The notes under the pieces: generated by a model | What the model was told of the DNA's origin: nothing | What the model saw: only the letters and a program-made list of their open reading frames with translations | Databases searched by the model: none | Shown here: positions 36,851 through 49,794 of the stretch, one piece after another | How the letters are laid out: the number at the start of each line of letters is the position of its first letter | How positions within the stretch are numbered: position 1 is the first letter of the stretch | Made by a program: the position numbers and the translations under genes | Assembly (NCBI RefSeq): GCF_001194135.2 | Contig: NC_068981.1 | Coordinates: 98,512,058-98,576,057, forward strand | Origin: Octopus bimaculoides | Taxonomy: Eukaryota | Reading direction: 5' to 3' | DNA length: 64,000 bases

Positions 36851-39666
36851 ACACCATATTGAATGATTAAATAACGTATGAGCCAACTAGGGAGCCGCTA
36901 CATGGCGGCTCACTCTGTTAGAAATAGCAGCCCATTCTCCTTGACGTCTTAGAAAAGACAAATTAGATACTGTGGTCCAGGAACTCTGCACATAGAGAAA
37001 AGACGAGATGGTCACAGTTAGAATACCTTACATCAGTGGTTTCCAACTTTTTCACTACCAAGGACTCCTTTTATTTAAATGAGTTTTCCCATGGACCCCT
37101 TTTAATATGCTTATTCCTATATATATATCATCATCATCATCGTCGTTTAACATCTGCTTTCCATGCTAGCATGGGTTGGACGATTTGACTGAGGACTGGT
37201 GAAACCAGATGGCTACACCAGGCTCCAATCTGATTTGGCAGATATATATATATGTGTGTGTGTGAAATTTATATATATATATATATATATGTGTGTGTGN
37301 NNNNNNNNNNNNNNNNNNNNNNNNNNNNNNNNNNNNNNNNNNNNNNNNNNNNNNNNNNNNNNNNNNNNNNNNNNNNNNNNNNNNNNNNNNNNNNNNNNNN
37401 NNNNNNNNNNNNNNNNNNNNNNNNNNNNNNNNNNNNNNNNNNNNNNNNNNNNNNNNNNNNNNNNNNNNNNNNNNNNNNNNNNNNNNNNNNNNNNNNNNNN
37501 NNNNNNNNNNNNNNNNNNNNNNNNNNNNNNNNNNNNNNNNNNNNNNNNNNNNNNNNNNNNCAATGTTTAAATACATTTTTAGAATAACACTTTTAAATAA
37601 ATTGCTCTTGTTTCGTTATGAGAAGCATTTCTGAAATATTTGCATTTGAACTGCGCGTGTTTTGGTTTGCTGTCTAAAACTTAATGATTAAAATTTTAGA
37701 AGCAGTAGAACAAATAAGACGACCTCACAGTTATTTCTTTATCTTATTTTCTTTTCTTTTTGTTAGGGATGGGGGGGGGATAATTCAAAGTCTATTTGTT
37801 TTATTCTTTATTGCTTTTGAAACTTAGTTAAGGACACTTTATCGCAGTGCTACTCAAAATGAACAATTCTACCTTCTGGGGCGGGGATAATGGGGATACT
37901 AGGACGAAAGGGGCGGTAAGGAGATTGTAGATGCATCTTTCAATTTTCAGTTTTAATCTGTGCGAAGCATCTGGTAATATTAATGGTCGAAATGGTTTTT
38001 TTATATTGCTGTTTTTTTTTTACATTCCAAATAGTATTTTAATAGTGATCAACCATTGGCAGCAAGTTTTTGTGGTGTATATAATTCTGGGCAATTACAG
38101 CAAAGAGGCGTTGAAAAAGGGAGCGAACGTTTGATAAGCACTGTTCTATTTCTATTAAATATTACTTCTGTAAACAGAAATATTCTGGCTAAGAATATTG
38201 TCGTTCATTGTCAAACTAAAATGGTTCAGTTCCCTGTGCAACTGTTTGTTTACCTTTTTTTTTTGTCTTTAGAAACCATTTTGTATGCTTGTATGTATTC
38301 TTACGGGTTTATAGTAACTTATTGTAGTGGACATTATTACACTTTCAGTACGTTTACTAATGTTGTTAACCCCTGCTGATTGAGCAAAGCTAAAATCAAA
38401 GGCATTCCAGTTTTAACCATTCTGTCTGTATTTTATCAGGAATAGTATATTTAGGACTAAATTATTTAATGTGCTTCACCCTTTTCTTATGAACAATAAG
38501 GTATGACTGGGGGGGGGGGATGTGGCTTCTGTTTCCAGTAAATCGAACAACTCCGAGTTATGTTTATTAGAACTGGGGGTCGATAAAATAAGCATCAACC
38601 AAGTACAAGAGTCGATAAAATCGACTGTTCCTTCCCACAAAAGTTCTGGCACTGTACCGATGCCAAAAATCATCGTTACATATAAACATATACATATGCT
38701 CACACGCAACTAAGATAATGCTACGACAGCAACAACCACCTTATACGAAAGAGATAAGCTCAAATCTTTTCTTGGGGACATACATACGTGGGTGACTGCG
38801 GGTGGAAAACAATATCAACTTGTTAATGGATTTATTTACTACCAATTACATGCGTTGATCAATCATTTGCAATGGTGTTTTGTTCAATAGAAGTTTTTAA
38901 AAATAGCTTGTAATTAATAACTATAAACGCAGCAATAAGAAGCGAGACGTCAGCGAAATTTATAAGATCAATTTACTGCTTAGAAAGCACCAGATGTTTA
39001 AACATGTGTCAAGGGGAGGTTTTTTTTTTGCTGACTCTGCGAAAGTCGAAGATTTTACTCTATTGAGTTGGTATGACATAAAAACAAAATATTAATTCTA
39101 ACGATGCACATTCTTCGCTTTATTATGATTAAAAATAAATTTATATAAAAGAACTTTTAGAAAAGATAAACNNNNNNNNNNAATCAAGGATGCGAATGTA
39201 ATGCTAAAATAAAATTTACCATATATAATTTTGGTAGTGTGTGCTTGGAAATTAAAGAGCAAAGATATATACATATACATATATATATATAATTATTAAA
39301 TGTTGGCATCGATATAATTGATTGTTCCCCTCCCCAAATTTGTGGCCTTCTGCTTAAGCATGATCGTTATTATGTATTGACGGGTATTTAATGTCTACGT
39401 ACTAAAATAATGGAAAGATTCTATGTAAGGAGAATATCGTGTATTTTCGATACGGGATTGAATCCAAAGATTTCAATTTTATATCAAGTGTGTTTTACTG
39501 ATTGGATGATGTCTTTTGATCGACGTCTGCTCTTTACTGGCATGGATCCAATTGGTGCGAGAAGATTCCCACTACCATTAAACAAACAGCAGGCTAAAGA
39601 AAATCATAAATAAAGGTTATAAAACGTAGGTATGTAAAATAAATAATAAATATAGATATGCCTTAC

Positions 39667-39759
39667 CGGTCTCAAAAGTCTGACGATAAAATAGATAAAG
39701 GAACAAGCGAATATCACAGCTAAAACCCAACGTTTCCTAAGTAAGCGAGACGTAAACAT
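39667..39759 (-). CDS. SPRING1: SPRING1 (C12orf49/UPF0454) first coding exon, 93 nt: MFTSRLLRKRWVLAVIFACSFIYFIVRLLRP (signal anchor)
   Basis: RLLRKRWVLA matches the human SPRING1 N-terminus RRLLRKRWVLALVF (recalled), followed by a hydrophobic TM segment and a CCG|GTAAGG donor, phase 0. Confidence 0.93.
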
Positions 39760-39782
39760 CGGGTCTGGCGAAAAGTTGACAT
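39720..39782 (-). promoter_or_regulatory. Out-of-frame upstream ORF (20 aa, MSTFRQTRCLRLAYLGNVGF) overlapping the SPRING1 start codon
   Basis: ATG at 39780-39782 lies 23 nt upstream of the main ATG; TAG at 39720-39722. Confidence 0.4.
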
Positions 39783-40372
39783 TAAGACGTTTAAAGTTAG
39801 CTCTTCTTGATCGCTTCGTATTCAAATGTGGACTTTAGCTTAAAGGAGTAAAGAAAACATTCCAATTTGATTTAAATGTTATTTTTAATAGAATCCAAAC
39901 ACTATTCAGTCATTTTAATTTCAGGAGAAATATATTTATATATTGAATGCAGCATCAACCCATAAACAAATGTTTAAAAAGAAGTGTATATATAATATAA
40001 ACAAATATTTCGTGCAACTAGCTCTTTATGATTATATTTTGGTTTGTTTTTTGTCTTCGAATATTTTATTCTACTGCAGTATTTACTTCCTCGCCCAGTT
40101 TTATTGTAACTAATAATAATTCCGTAAAGAGTTACGTCTTTATCCTTAGTGTAGAAAATGACATAAAGTTAGAGAGATCATTTCATCGAAAGTTATAGTG
40201 CTGTGGAAATGCTTCAGATTTCTTCAGTTTGGGTGGTGAAAACCTACTAATTGGAGATTTGGCATTTCTGTGATATAGAGGAAATTCTTTTGCATATTTT
40301 ATCTTATAAACGACAATATTTCTCTCCAAAAAGTGTAACAAGGGCAACAAACGGAAATAATTGTTGGATATA
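39760..40372 (-). promoter_or_regulatory. Probable SPRING1 5' UTR / proximal promoter
   Basis: Position only: immediately upstream of the start codon and free of recognisable SINEs. TSS not determinable. Confidence 0.3.
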
Positions 40373-41876
40373 CAGTGTGCCCCCGCTTATTCGCAGTTCG
40401 GCTTTCGCGGAAACCACTGCATATTCGCGGAATCGTAAATATCGTCTACGATATTTTATGGCATTTTTCATGGCAATATATACTTTTTCACACTTTTCAA
40501 GGCTAAACTATTAATAATAATATATCGTATTTGCCAGTTTACTGGACGCCCCCTTCGCTGAAGGTCCCTCTGATAAGAATAGCCGCGCATCAAGTTGCTT
40601 GATATTTTTTAGATACAAGTACACTGTATCTTGTATCTCTTATTCCTGATTTCAATCAAAGCTTGCTAATTAGTATAGCGGCTACCAGGGCTTTTTTAAA
40701 AAAAATCATAGCTACATTTTGTCATACACAATGTTTATTTCAACAAGGTAATTTTTTTAAGGTCGTGTGCCAATATAGCTTCATAGAAATTAGGTTACTT
40801 GCTGCTCTCTCTTATTATTATAGTATAGATTACTATATCTAGAAATAAAATGAACTAAATTTTTCAAAACTATGATTATTTTTAATCCCTGCTTAATCTC
40901 CCATTGGTGGTATATGCATATTAGACGCAATGAAGATTTCTTTGGGGGAAAAACTGCGTCCAGTAGCTATGCCCAGTATTTTGTTGAGTACTGTTTTTTG
41001 CAACGTGTTTGCAGCCTTAAGGTGCCCCCAAACGCCCTACACCTAAGGCTTCTGGTAGTGAACCTAAGCGCCAGAAAAAGGTTATGACGCTCCATGAAAA
41101 GGCACAACTGCTAGATATGTACCGGGAAGGTAAAGGTTTTGCTGCAGTAGGTCACTATTATGTTGTCTACGAAAGCACCATAATTCTACATAAAGAGCAA
41201 GGCGGTGATCAGGACCACCGTAGCAGTAAGTTGCTGTGAAACTGCCAAAAAGATAACAATAGTGAGAAATAAGCACTTCATCATGATGGAATCTGCCTTG
41301 GCATTGCAGATCAGTAACTGCAAGAAGAAAAACTCCCTTGAGCAGTAACATCATCTGTGCGGAAATTATACCAGCAGTTTGACAGAGGAGACGGAGCAGA
41401 AAGCACCGAAGAACCGCAACCAAGACCATTGACAGCATCGAACCCTGAAAATTTTCAAACCAGCAAGGGATGGTTTGACCATTTCCAGAAACAGTTTAGA
41501 ATAAAGTGTGTTTAGCCACCAAGAAGAACCTCGAGACCTTCAGGTAGATCATTGAGGACAAGGGATACAAGCCGAAACAGGTTTTAAGTATGGACGAGAC
41601 TGGCTTGTTCCGGAAGAAGATGCCTTCCAGAATGTACATCATGAAGGACGAAGCCAGAGCCCCACCATTTAAGGCACAGAAGGACAGAGTGATGCTAATT
41701 ATATGTTGCAATGCTGCTGGGTTCATGATGAAACCAGGATTTATCTATAAGTCCATGAACCTGAGGGCCTTCAAAAATTAGAATAAAAGCCTGCTGCCTG
41801 TTCACTGGATGCACAACCCCAAGGCCTGGATTACCAAAAGTCTAACTTTGAATTGGTTCCACCAATGCTTCGTCCC
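40373..41876 (+). mobile_element. Decayed Tigger/pogo DNA transposon (CENP-B HTH + DDE transposase pseudogene); 3' part in the N gap
   Basis: TA|CAGTGTGCCCCCGCTTATTCGC terminus; EPKRQKKVMTLHEKAQLLD, SKGWFDHF, MDETGLFRKKMPSR..KAQKDRV, WMHNPKAWIT..WFHQCF, with frameshifts. Confidence 0.9.
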
Positions 41877-42554
41877 NNNNNNNNNNNNNNNNNNNNNNNN
41901 NNNNNNNNNNNNNNNNNNNNNNNNNNNNNNNNNNNNNNNNNNNNNNNNNNNNNNNNNNNNNNNNNNNNNNNNNNNNNNNNNNNNNNNNNNNNNNNNNNNN
42001 NNNNNNNNNNNNNNNNNNNNNNNNNNNNNNNNNNNNNNNNNNNNNNNNNNNNNNNNNNNNNNNNNNNNNNNNNNNNNNNNNNNNNNNNNNNNNNNNNNNN
42101 NNNNNNNNNNNNNNNNNNNNNNNNNNNNNNNNNNNNNNNNNNNNNNNNNNNNNNNNNNNNNNNNNNNNNNNNNNNNNNNNNNNNNNNNNNNNNNNNNNNN
42201 NNNNNNNNNNNNNNNNNNNNNNNNNNNNNNNNNNNNNNNNNNNNNNNNNNNNNNNNNNNNNNNNNNNNNNNNNNNNNNNNNNNNNNNNNNNNNNNNNNNN
42301 NNNNNNNNNNNNNNNNNNNNNNNNNNNNNNNNNNNNNNNNNNNNNNNNNNNNNNNNNNNNNNNNNNNNNNNNNNNNNNNNNNNNNNNNNNNNNNNNNNNN
42401 NNNNNNNNNNNNNNNNNNNNNNNNNNNNNNNNNNNNNNNNNNNNNNNNNNNNNNNNNNNNNNNNNNNNNNNNNNNNNNNNNNNNNNNNNNNNNNNNNNNN
42501 NNNNNNNNNNNNNNNNNNNNNNNNNNNNNNNNNNNNNNNNNNNNNNNNNNNNNN

Positions 42555-43270
42555 ATGAGGTTGGTGGCAGTGGGGGAGAGACGGAAGGAGGAAATGAGGT
42601 CATGGATAGTGGAGGACATAGTCTGTTGGTAGCTGGGTGTTGGGTCAGGGCAGAGGGCAGTATAAGGAAGTGTCTTGAAGTTGGCAGAGAGCTTCCGCCT
42701 TGTAGAGGTCCACGCGCCACACCACCATGGCTCCACCCTTGTCAGCCAGTTTTATATGATGTCAGTGTGGCATTGGAGACATCAAAGGGCTGAGAATTTG
42801 GCTGGAGAAATGTTCAGATGACAGGGACATCTGGTAAAGTTAAACCAGTCCACAGCGTGCTGGCAAAAGCATGCAGAAAGATCAACTGCATGGAACTGGC
42901 GTCCACTGGCCAGGAGCTAGCGTCCACTGGCATGGTCGGCAGCCCAGGTCGGTGAAGCAGTCCTCCTCATTAGATGTAGGTGGAGTGTCACGGAAAAGCA
43001 CACACAATTTAACATGGCGCACAAAGCTGTGGATATTGGCACAAGTCCAAAATTTGTTGCTGGATGGAGTGAGGGGGATGAAGCACAGGCCCCTACTGAG
43101 GATGGAGCACTCCGCCTCAGAGGGGAAGATCTGAAGGAATGGTAACAACAGACTGAAGTGGAGAAGGGGTGGATGGGATAGGAATAGGAGGGAGGGGATG
43201 GGGTATATGTGTGAGATTTGGGGGAATGGGGGTGAGGGTGGGGGAGAGGCCGAACTTGTCCACTCACTCA
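42555..43270 (-). mobile_element. Penelope-like retroelement (PLE) 5' ORF fragment, frameshifted
   Basis: SEAECSILSRGLCFIP..., ADKGGAMVV, DPTPSYQQTMSSTIHDLISS: the region preceding the RT core in GIY-YIG PLEs. Confidence 0.75.
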
Positions 43271-43679
43271 ACTGCTATTTAACGTATATATATATATAAC
43301 ATATATATATATATAATCAATCTTTAACTAAAAACTAGTGTTTGTTTTTTTAACATCATGCAAAATGCACCAATTTCTTATTTTCTGTAAAAAGTGCACT
43401 ATAACAGCAAAATGATTGTGAATTGCTAATGTAAATGATCACTAGAGCAATGAATTGTCTGAAACCAATATGTTAGCATGTCAGAGAAAATGCCTTGTGG
43501 TGTTTAGGTAGAAATCTTTATATGTTATGAGTCCCACTCTCACTGAGGCTAACTCAGCTTTTCACCCTTCAGGAGTCAATAAAATAAGCATCGAGGACTG
43601 GATCTGATACAATCATTTGTCACTTGTTGATGAGTATTTCTGCTCACCAAAAGGTAATTGGAAGAGGACCACCACCACC

Positions 43680-44030
43680 ACCATCACCATCACCATCTAA
43701 CATCCACTTTCAATACTGGCATGAGTTGGTCAGATTGACAGGAACTGGCAAGGCCAAGAGCTGCTCTAGGCTCCATTGTTTGCTTTGACATGGTTTCTAC
43801 GGCTGGATGCTCTTCCTAATACCAATCATTTCACAGTGTGTGCTGGGTGCTTTTACGTGGCACTGCATGAGTGCTTTTTATGTAGCACCCTCACTTGCAA
43901 AACAAAACAATCCTTCAACTTGGAGGGAGGGAGTAGTATTGAAAGGGGTCATGACTTTGTGCCAGCTGGGAGATTAAAGGTACAGAGGAATAGAGATAGG
44001 TATCTTGCTGTGGGGATAGATACATGAATA
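43680..44030 (-). mobile_element. RTE LINE 3' UTR fragment, diverged
   Basis: Family motifs TTCTACGGCTGGATGCTCTTCCTAATACCAA. Confidence 0.6.
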
Positions 44031-45003
44031 TCCCAAGAGGCATAACAATGTTATCTCCAAAGGTGTAGACATTAGCAAACAGAGTAGATCAGCAGTTACT
44101 CAATCTTAACATTGACGGTATGTAAAACTAAGGGAACAGTAATTGCTAATATAGCTCAACACCAGTGTTCTTAGGGAACTTTCAGTACCAGACTTCTTTA
44201 GAGACCTAGCTTTTGTAAAAAAAAAAGCATAGCTGCAAGGAAGTGTTAATTTGGAATATAAGTTGTAGGTAAACTAACACATTATAATACACGGGTCATT
44301 ATCAGTTTCAACAATGAGTAATAAACTGTTTGAACAACTGAACAATATGCTCATTGAATTTGCATGTAAATGGTTGAACACTCCAAAAACATGTGTATCC
44401 TTAACACAATTCTCAGGTAGAATCAGCTTGATAGTGTGACAGCACTGCACCTTGTTCTTATTACAAACATGTCTAATTACTCACTTTGTGCACCTTTTTC
44501 TTTTCTTTTGCCATGATTTCTCCTACCTGTCTTACACACTCTTTCTCTCTGCTAACCCCCATCTGCATCTGTTTTCTAACTTTCATAAATTTGTCTCACA
44601 CAATCTTTGTCTTTTCTATCTTTCTTGACACCACTATCACACAACACGTTACAATAATGGAAAAATTCAGATAAGCAAACCGCTAACTACTCTTCCTTCT
44701 TCCTATCATTCTCCATTCAAATTACAAGTACAATTCATTTGTTAGGCTTCTCCACAGTTTCCATCTACCCAATTTCAATCACATGGTTTCAGTTGACCTG
44801 AGGCTAATGTAAAAGACTTGCCTAAGATGCAGTGTATTGGGATTGAACCTGGAACTGTGGAACTACAAAGCAAACTTCTGAACTATTTGACCATGCTATA
44901 TCATATTACATAAAAATTAAATAAATAAAGCAACAGTAACATTTTATTTATATACACTGAAAGATGAATAATATCATAAATGAAAATTTTAACAAAACTT
45001 GTC

Positions 45004-45009
45004 TTTATT
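45004..45009 (-). terminator. Candidate RAD50 polyadenylation signal AATAAA (a second one at 44943-44948)
   Basis: TTTATT on the + strand, 8 nt after the RAD50 stop codon. Confidence 0.55.
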
Positions 45010-45016
45010 AAGGCCA

Positions 45017-45086
45017 CTAATGACTGTCATTGTCTCCATCTGAGTCAACATTGCACACAGATAGACATTTGATTCGAGAACATCCA
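45017..45086 (-). CDS. RAD50: RAD50 terminal coding exon: GCSRIKCLSVCNVDSDGDNDSH-stop
   Basis: Strong pyrimidine tract + TTTACAG acceptor; phase 2 fits the previous exon. Aligns to the QCSEIVK end of RAD50; TAG at 45017-45019 is followed by AATAAA. Confidence 0.88.
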
Positions 45087-45244
45087 CTGTAAATAAAGAA
45101 AGAAAGGGAAAATGTTAAACACTGTTTAGAAATAGCAACAAGCTAACAAAGGAGCTTTTTATGTAATCACTGAACTTACTAATTCAAAAAAGAAAGGACA
45201 GATTGAATAACATAGTTTTAGATAATCTTCATCAACAGCAGCAG

Positions 45245-45450
45245 CATTTAACATCCATTTTCCATGCTAGCATGGGCTGGACGGCTTGACAGGAACGGAC
45301 AAGGCCAGGAACCAAACCAGATTCCGTAGCCTGTTTTGGTTTGGTTTCTATGGCTGGATGCCATTCCTAATGCCAACCACTCCACAGAGGGTATCAGGTG
45401 TTTTTTACAGGGCACCATCAGAATTTTTTATGTGGCACCAGCATCAGTGC
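45245..45450 (-). mobile_element. RTE LINE 3' UTR fragment
   Basis: TTTAACATCCATTTTCCATGCTAGCATGGG plus family motifs. Confidence 0.65.
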
Positions 45451-45741
45451 TATTTAAGTAACTTTTGTTCTTCATACCTCAATGATCAATGCTAAGTACC
45501 AGTAGCTTGCTAGTTTTGTTGAACCAATTAATTATATCCCATCTTTACAAATTTTATTTTCGCTATTCTAAGAACTTGACTAGAGTTTGCTGCCTTTTGC
45601 AAAAAAGTTAGTTAATAATTTTGGTCTTAAAGCCTTTGATACTTAATCTAGAGCATTCTTAATATTCTGTTACAAATTGAGGGGTATTTCAGAGGGTGGG
45701 TAGGGATAGTTATAGTCAATTTAAAAATTGATTTCTAGGCT

Positions 45742-46100
45742 GAGGCATGGCCGTGTAATATGAAGTTTGCTTCCCAAGCACATGGTCCTAGCTTCATTCC
45801 CACTGCATGACATCTAGGGCATCTACTATAGTCCCGGGCCAACCAAAGCCTTGTGAGTGAATTTGGTAGATGGAAACTAAAACAAGTCTGTCATGTGTGT
45901 GTGTGCACATGTGTGTCTTTATGCTTATGTTCGTCCTCTACCAACGCTTGTCCCTGTAACTTATCAACTTGGTGAAAGAGGCTGACAAAATAACTAGAAG
46001 ATTTTACAAAATAAGTACTGGGGTCAATTTGTTCGACTAAAAACCTTTTAAGATGATGTTCTAGCATGGCCACAAGCCAATGACGAAAACAACTAAAAGA
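45742..46100 (+). mobile_element. SINE family B, diverged
   Basis: Family motifs. Confidence 0.65.
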
Positions 46101-46918
46101 TGGAAGATATGGTTAGCCATTTGTCTCTTTTCTTTTTAACTATTTAGTCAGCAAGGGAAGGACAATGTCCTTAACCCTGTATTTTTGCAGGGATCTGAAA
46201 ATAGTGAAAGGAAAGGAGAAAATTATTCTTAAAACAGAAACCTGCCCTGAATGCTTGCAACAGTGGGAACTTTGCTAAGGAACCTGAGGTCCAAGTGACT
46301 GGGTGATAGATTAGGGCACTCACACAAGAACACAGAATATAAAGTATATCTATCAAATGTTCTAACAATTCCATCAGTCTACCACCACTCAGGACTGGTA
46401 CTTTCCTCAATCAACCCTGAAAGAATACAAGTTGACTTTTGTTGGATTTGAACACAGAGCACAGAGATCTGCAACAAATATTGCAAGGTATTTTGGACTG
46501 TGCTTTAACGACCCTGCCAATTCGCCAACTAGTCTATTCAAGACTATAGCTCAGTAGTTTCCAAACTTTTCCTGGCTACCGTCCCTTGACACCCAGGCCA
46601 CATTCCTAGTGCACAATACATATAGACCACTTTCTGCAGTAAATTCAAAACAACTGCATTTCACAAATAAAACTTTACCTAATTAACCTCTTATTTTGGT
46701 TTTTCTTACATCCACTGAGTGCATTTTACATGGTGCCAGCACAAGTGAGGTCAGTTTTGGCATGGTTTTTACAGCTGGATGCCCTTCCAAATGCCAACCA
46801 CTTTACAGTGTAGACTGGATGCTTTTTACATGGCACCAGCACTGGCAAGGTCACCAAGTAACTTGCTACATTGTTATATATATCACTGAATGAGAGGGAA
46901 ACCATAAAATATACTTAC

Positions 46919-47044
46919 TTCTCGTTCTTTTTCACTCGATAATATCTATCAGTATCCAAACGACTAAGTATTTGCACAAAGTTCTCATCATGGGTAATAA
47001 TTACCAGCTGGAAATTTTGTTGTTCTTGACGGTTTTTGATGATA
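46919..47044 (-). CDS. RAD50: RAD50 coding exon with H-loop, 126 nt, phase 2/2: IIKNRQEQQNFQLVIITHDENFVQILSRLDTDRYYRVKKNE(N)
   Basis: CCCCTTTCTAG acceptor, GTAAGT donor. Contains the NFQLxVITHDE motif. Confidence 0.97.
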
Positions 47045-47689
47045 CTAGAAAGGGGAAGAAAACAGAAAAAAAAAGAAGAAATTTTATAATGGTGCAGGTA
47101 TGGACATGGCTGTATGGTTAAGAAGTAAACTTTGCAACCAGATCATGGGTTCAATATCACTATGTGGCACCTTCAGAAAGTATCTTCTGCTACAGCTTAG
47201 AATCAACTGAAGCCTTGTGAGTGAAATATGGTAGACAAAAACTACCATATGCCAGAAGCCAGTTTTGTGTGTGTGCATGCATTAGTGTGTCTTGTGTGTG
47301 ACTTTAAACCACATCCGATAATAGGACCCTGGTTTGGGAGTTCCAGGATACTGAGGGGTGTAGAACCTCCTCTTAGCTACTATTGTTCCCAGGTCTATTC
47401 TGACCTGGAGTAGTAACACTTGTCACGGTTCCAGTTATGGGTCAATTAGCATGTTTAGGCTTGCCTAACTATGCATATGAAGACTGGATGTGACAGACCC
47501 GGTGGAAGAAACCTTCCTGGTTCAACGGAGAAAGCACCTGCAGCAACACATTGTGCAGTGCAGAGAGTGAGACGAGGCATGTAAAACATCTTGGTCATCC
47601 ACTGCATTCGTCTTGACCTTGTCTTGCCACTGGATTGAAGATGGTTGGGGATGAGAGAGGGAGGTTGATGTGTAACTATTCATTTTAAA

Positions 47690-47880
47690 CAAAGTCACTA
47701 TGTGCTTGTGCCATGTAAAAAGCACTCAGTCCACTCTGCTGGGTTGTTGGTGTTAGGAAGGGCATCCAACAGTAAACACCCTGCCAAAACAGACACAGAA
47801 GTCTGGTGCAGGCTCCTGTCAAACTGTCCACCCCATGCCAGCATGGAAGGCGAACGTTAAACGATGATGATGACTATACA
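47690..47880 (+). mobile_element. RTE LINE 3' UTR fragment
   Basis: GTTAGGAAGGGCATCCAAC...CCATGCCAGCATGGAAGGCGAACGTTAAAC(GAT)n. Confidence 0.65.
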
Positions 47881-48176
47881 CACCATCAGTCAACCTTAAG
47901 ACCAGCTGGTACTTGTTGCTCTGATGGATGAACATGTGTGAGTATGAGTGAGGGATGGCAGAACTCAATGAGTTGAATGAAAATATTTTGAGGCACGTGT
48001 TTATACCCAAAAGCCTTCAGGTCAGCCCTACCTGTACAGCTCCAGCTAAGGCTGCCAATAACAATTATGTTGTATATCTTCATGTTTCACTTTGTTTAAA
48101 ATGCAACTATAAGAATCGATCAATTCAAGGCTAACTAACAATAAATTTAATTACAATAGACAAATATTATACATAC

Positions 48177-48310
48177 TCCACCAAAGCATTAGCCAAACTT
48201 TCAATATTTTCTTGGTCCAAATTAGTTGTAGGTTCATCTAAAGTAAGAATGCCACAATTGATACAGAATGTTTCAGCCAGAGCCAACCGGATTATTATTG
48301 AGGCAAGAAC
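48177..48310 (-). CDS. RAD50: RAD50 coding exon with Walker B/D-loop, 134 nt, phase 0/2: [44 protein letters not shown](D)
   Basis: TATTTCTAG acceptor, GTATGT donor. Near-identical to eukaryotic RAD50 [32 protein letters not shown]. Confidence 0.98.
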
Positions 48311-48592
48311 CTAGAAATACAGAAAAAGGGCAATAATGATAATCTTTTATGAGATGTAGTATGAATGAAGCGATTTGTGTCAAAGGTCCTAGTGAGACAA
48401 ATCTACAATACAGGTTTGGTTCCCAGTATACTCATTCATTTTGCCTGCATACACTTTTTACCTGTGATTTTTAGTCATAGTCAGTAACTTCAATAATAAT
48501 GGATTACAAGAGATTGACTAGCCTTCAGTATATTTATTAAGGAAAGGTAAACATATCCAATGGCACATTAAAGTTAATGGGACTTTCATCAA

Positions 48593-48624
<32 letters not shown>

Positions 48625-49794
48625 GGGGGGGAGAGGGTGCATGGTTTAGTGGTTAAGGTGTTGCACTCATGATCTAGTGATCGTGATTTCAATTCCTAGA
48701 CTGAGTGGTGCATTGTGTTCTTGAGAAAAACACTTCATTTCATGTTGCTCTGCGATCAATTTGACACCGTGCACCTTTTCAGACAACATTGATTTGATAG
48801 AAAGAGTGAGCTAATGTGAGGCACAAACATTTGATCACTATAAACAAATCATTTGTGAAGGTTGTTTGGCAAAAGTTGAACACTCATATTTTGTCTTTGA
48901 GAGGAGAGTCCATCACACACACACATAACAGTACTTTGAACTATCATAAATCTGTTTTCATTCATTTGTAGATATTTTAGGACTGTCAGTAAATTTCTGT
49001 AATTTTCTATGAATTTTGCTAAAAAACTAAACTCCAGGAGTGGTTTACAAGAAGTTTTAATAATCTCTTCCAGTGGGGTTGTGAAATCACCATTTACAAT
49101 TTGCATTCAGCTTTCATTGATTAAGGTTTAGAAACACACCCATATGTGTGTGTATGTGGTTAGGAAGCTTGCTTCTCAACCACATGGTTTCGGGTTTAGT
49201 CTCACAGCATGGCGCGTTGGGCAAGTGTCTTCTGCTATAGCCTCAGGCTGACTGGAGCCTGGTGATTGAATTTGGTAGAAAGTTCTTATCATGTGTGTGA
49301 AAGTGCTTGTGCCTCTTAACATAGAAGAAGATATACACTCTCTCTAACACACACACACATAGTGATTTCCACTCCTTTACAAAAGATGGTCCTCTTTTTA
49401 ATTAGTAATAAACATCATGAAATCTCATATGACTAGCAAGATTGGTTTTGGACAAACAGATCCTACTGCAGATGTTTCAAGCATTTCCAGATAAAAAAAA
49501 AAAGGTGTCTGGGATTGAAGTCAAATCTTGTTTATAAAGTACTCATTTCAAAATGGAGCATCTGTTTCAAATATTTTACAACTATGCTTCAAATACATTA
49601 CAATTACTGTATATCACTTCTTTCCAAACCGAATCATTTTCCAGCAACTATTCCCAACCTTCCACATCCACATTAGGAGCTACTTTCAGAAACTTCAAAA
49701 TCAACTCAATGGAACTTCTTCCACTGAAAAATGGAGCTATGGTTCAAAAAATTCAACATATCAATCATCTACAGTACAGAACATATGTTCAATT

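Noticed and set aside
41590-41876. Domesticated TIGD/CENP-B-like gene
   Set aside because: The Tigger transposase has multiple frameshifts and stops, so it is a decayed element.
49520-49790. Coding-looking segment in a RAD50 intron
   Set aside because: Stops in the plausible minus-strand frame and no recognisable family; ORF-track hits here run into a SINE.
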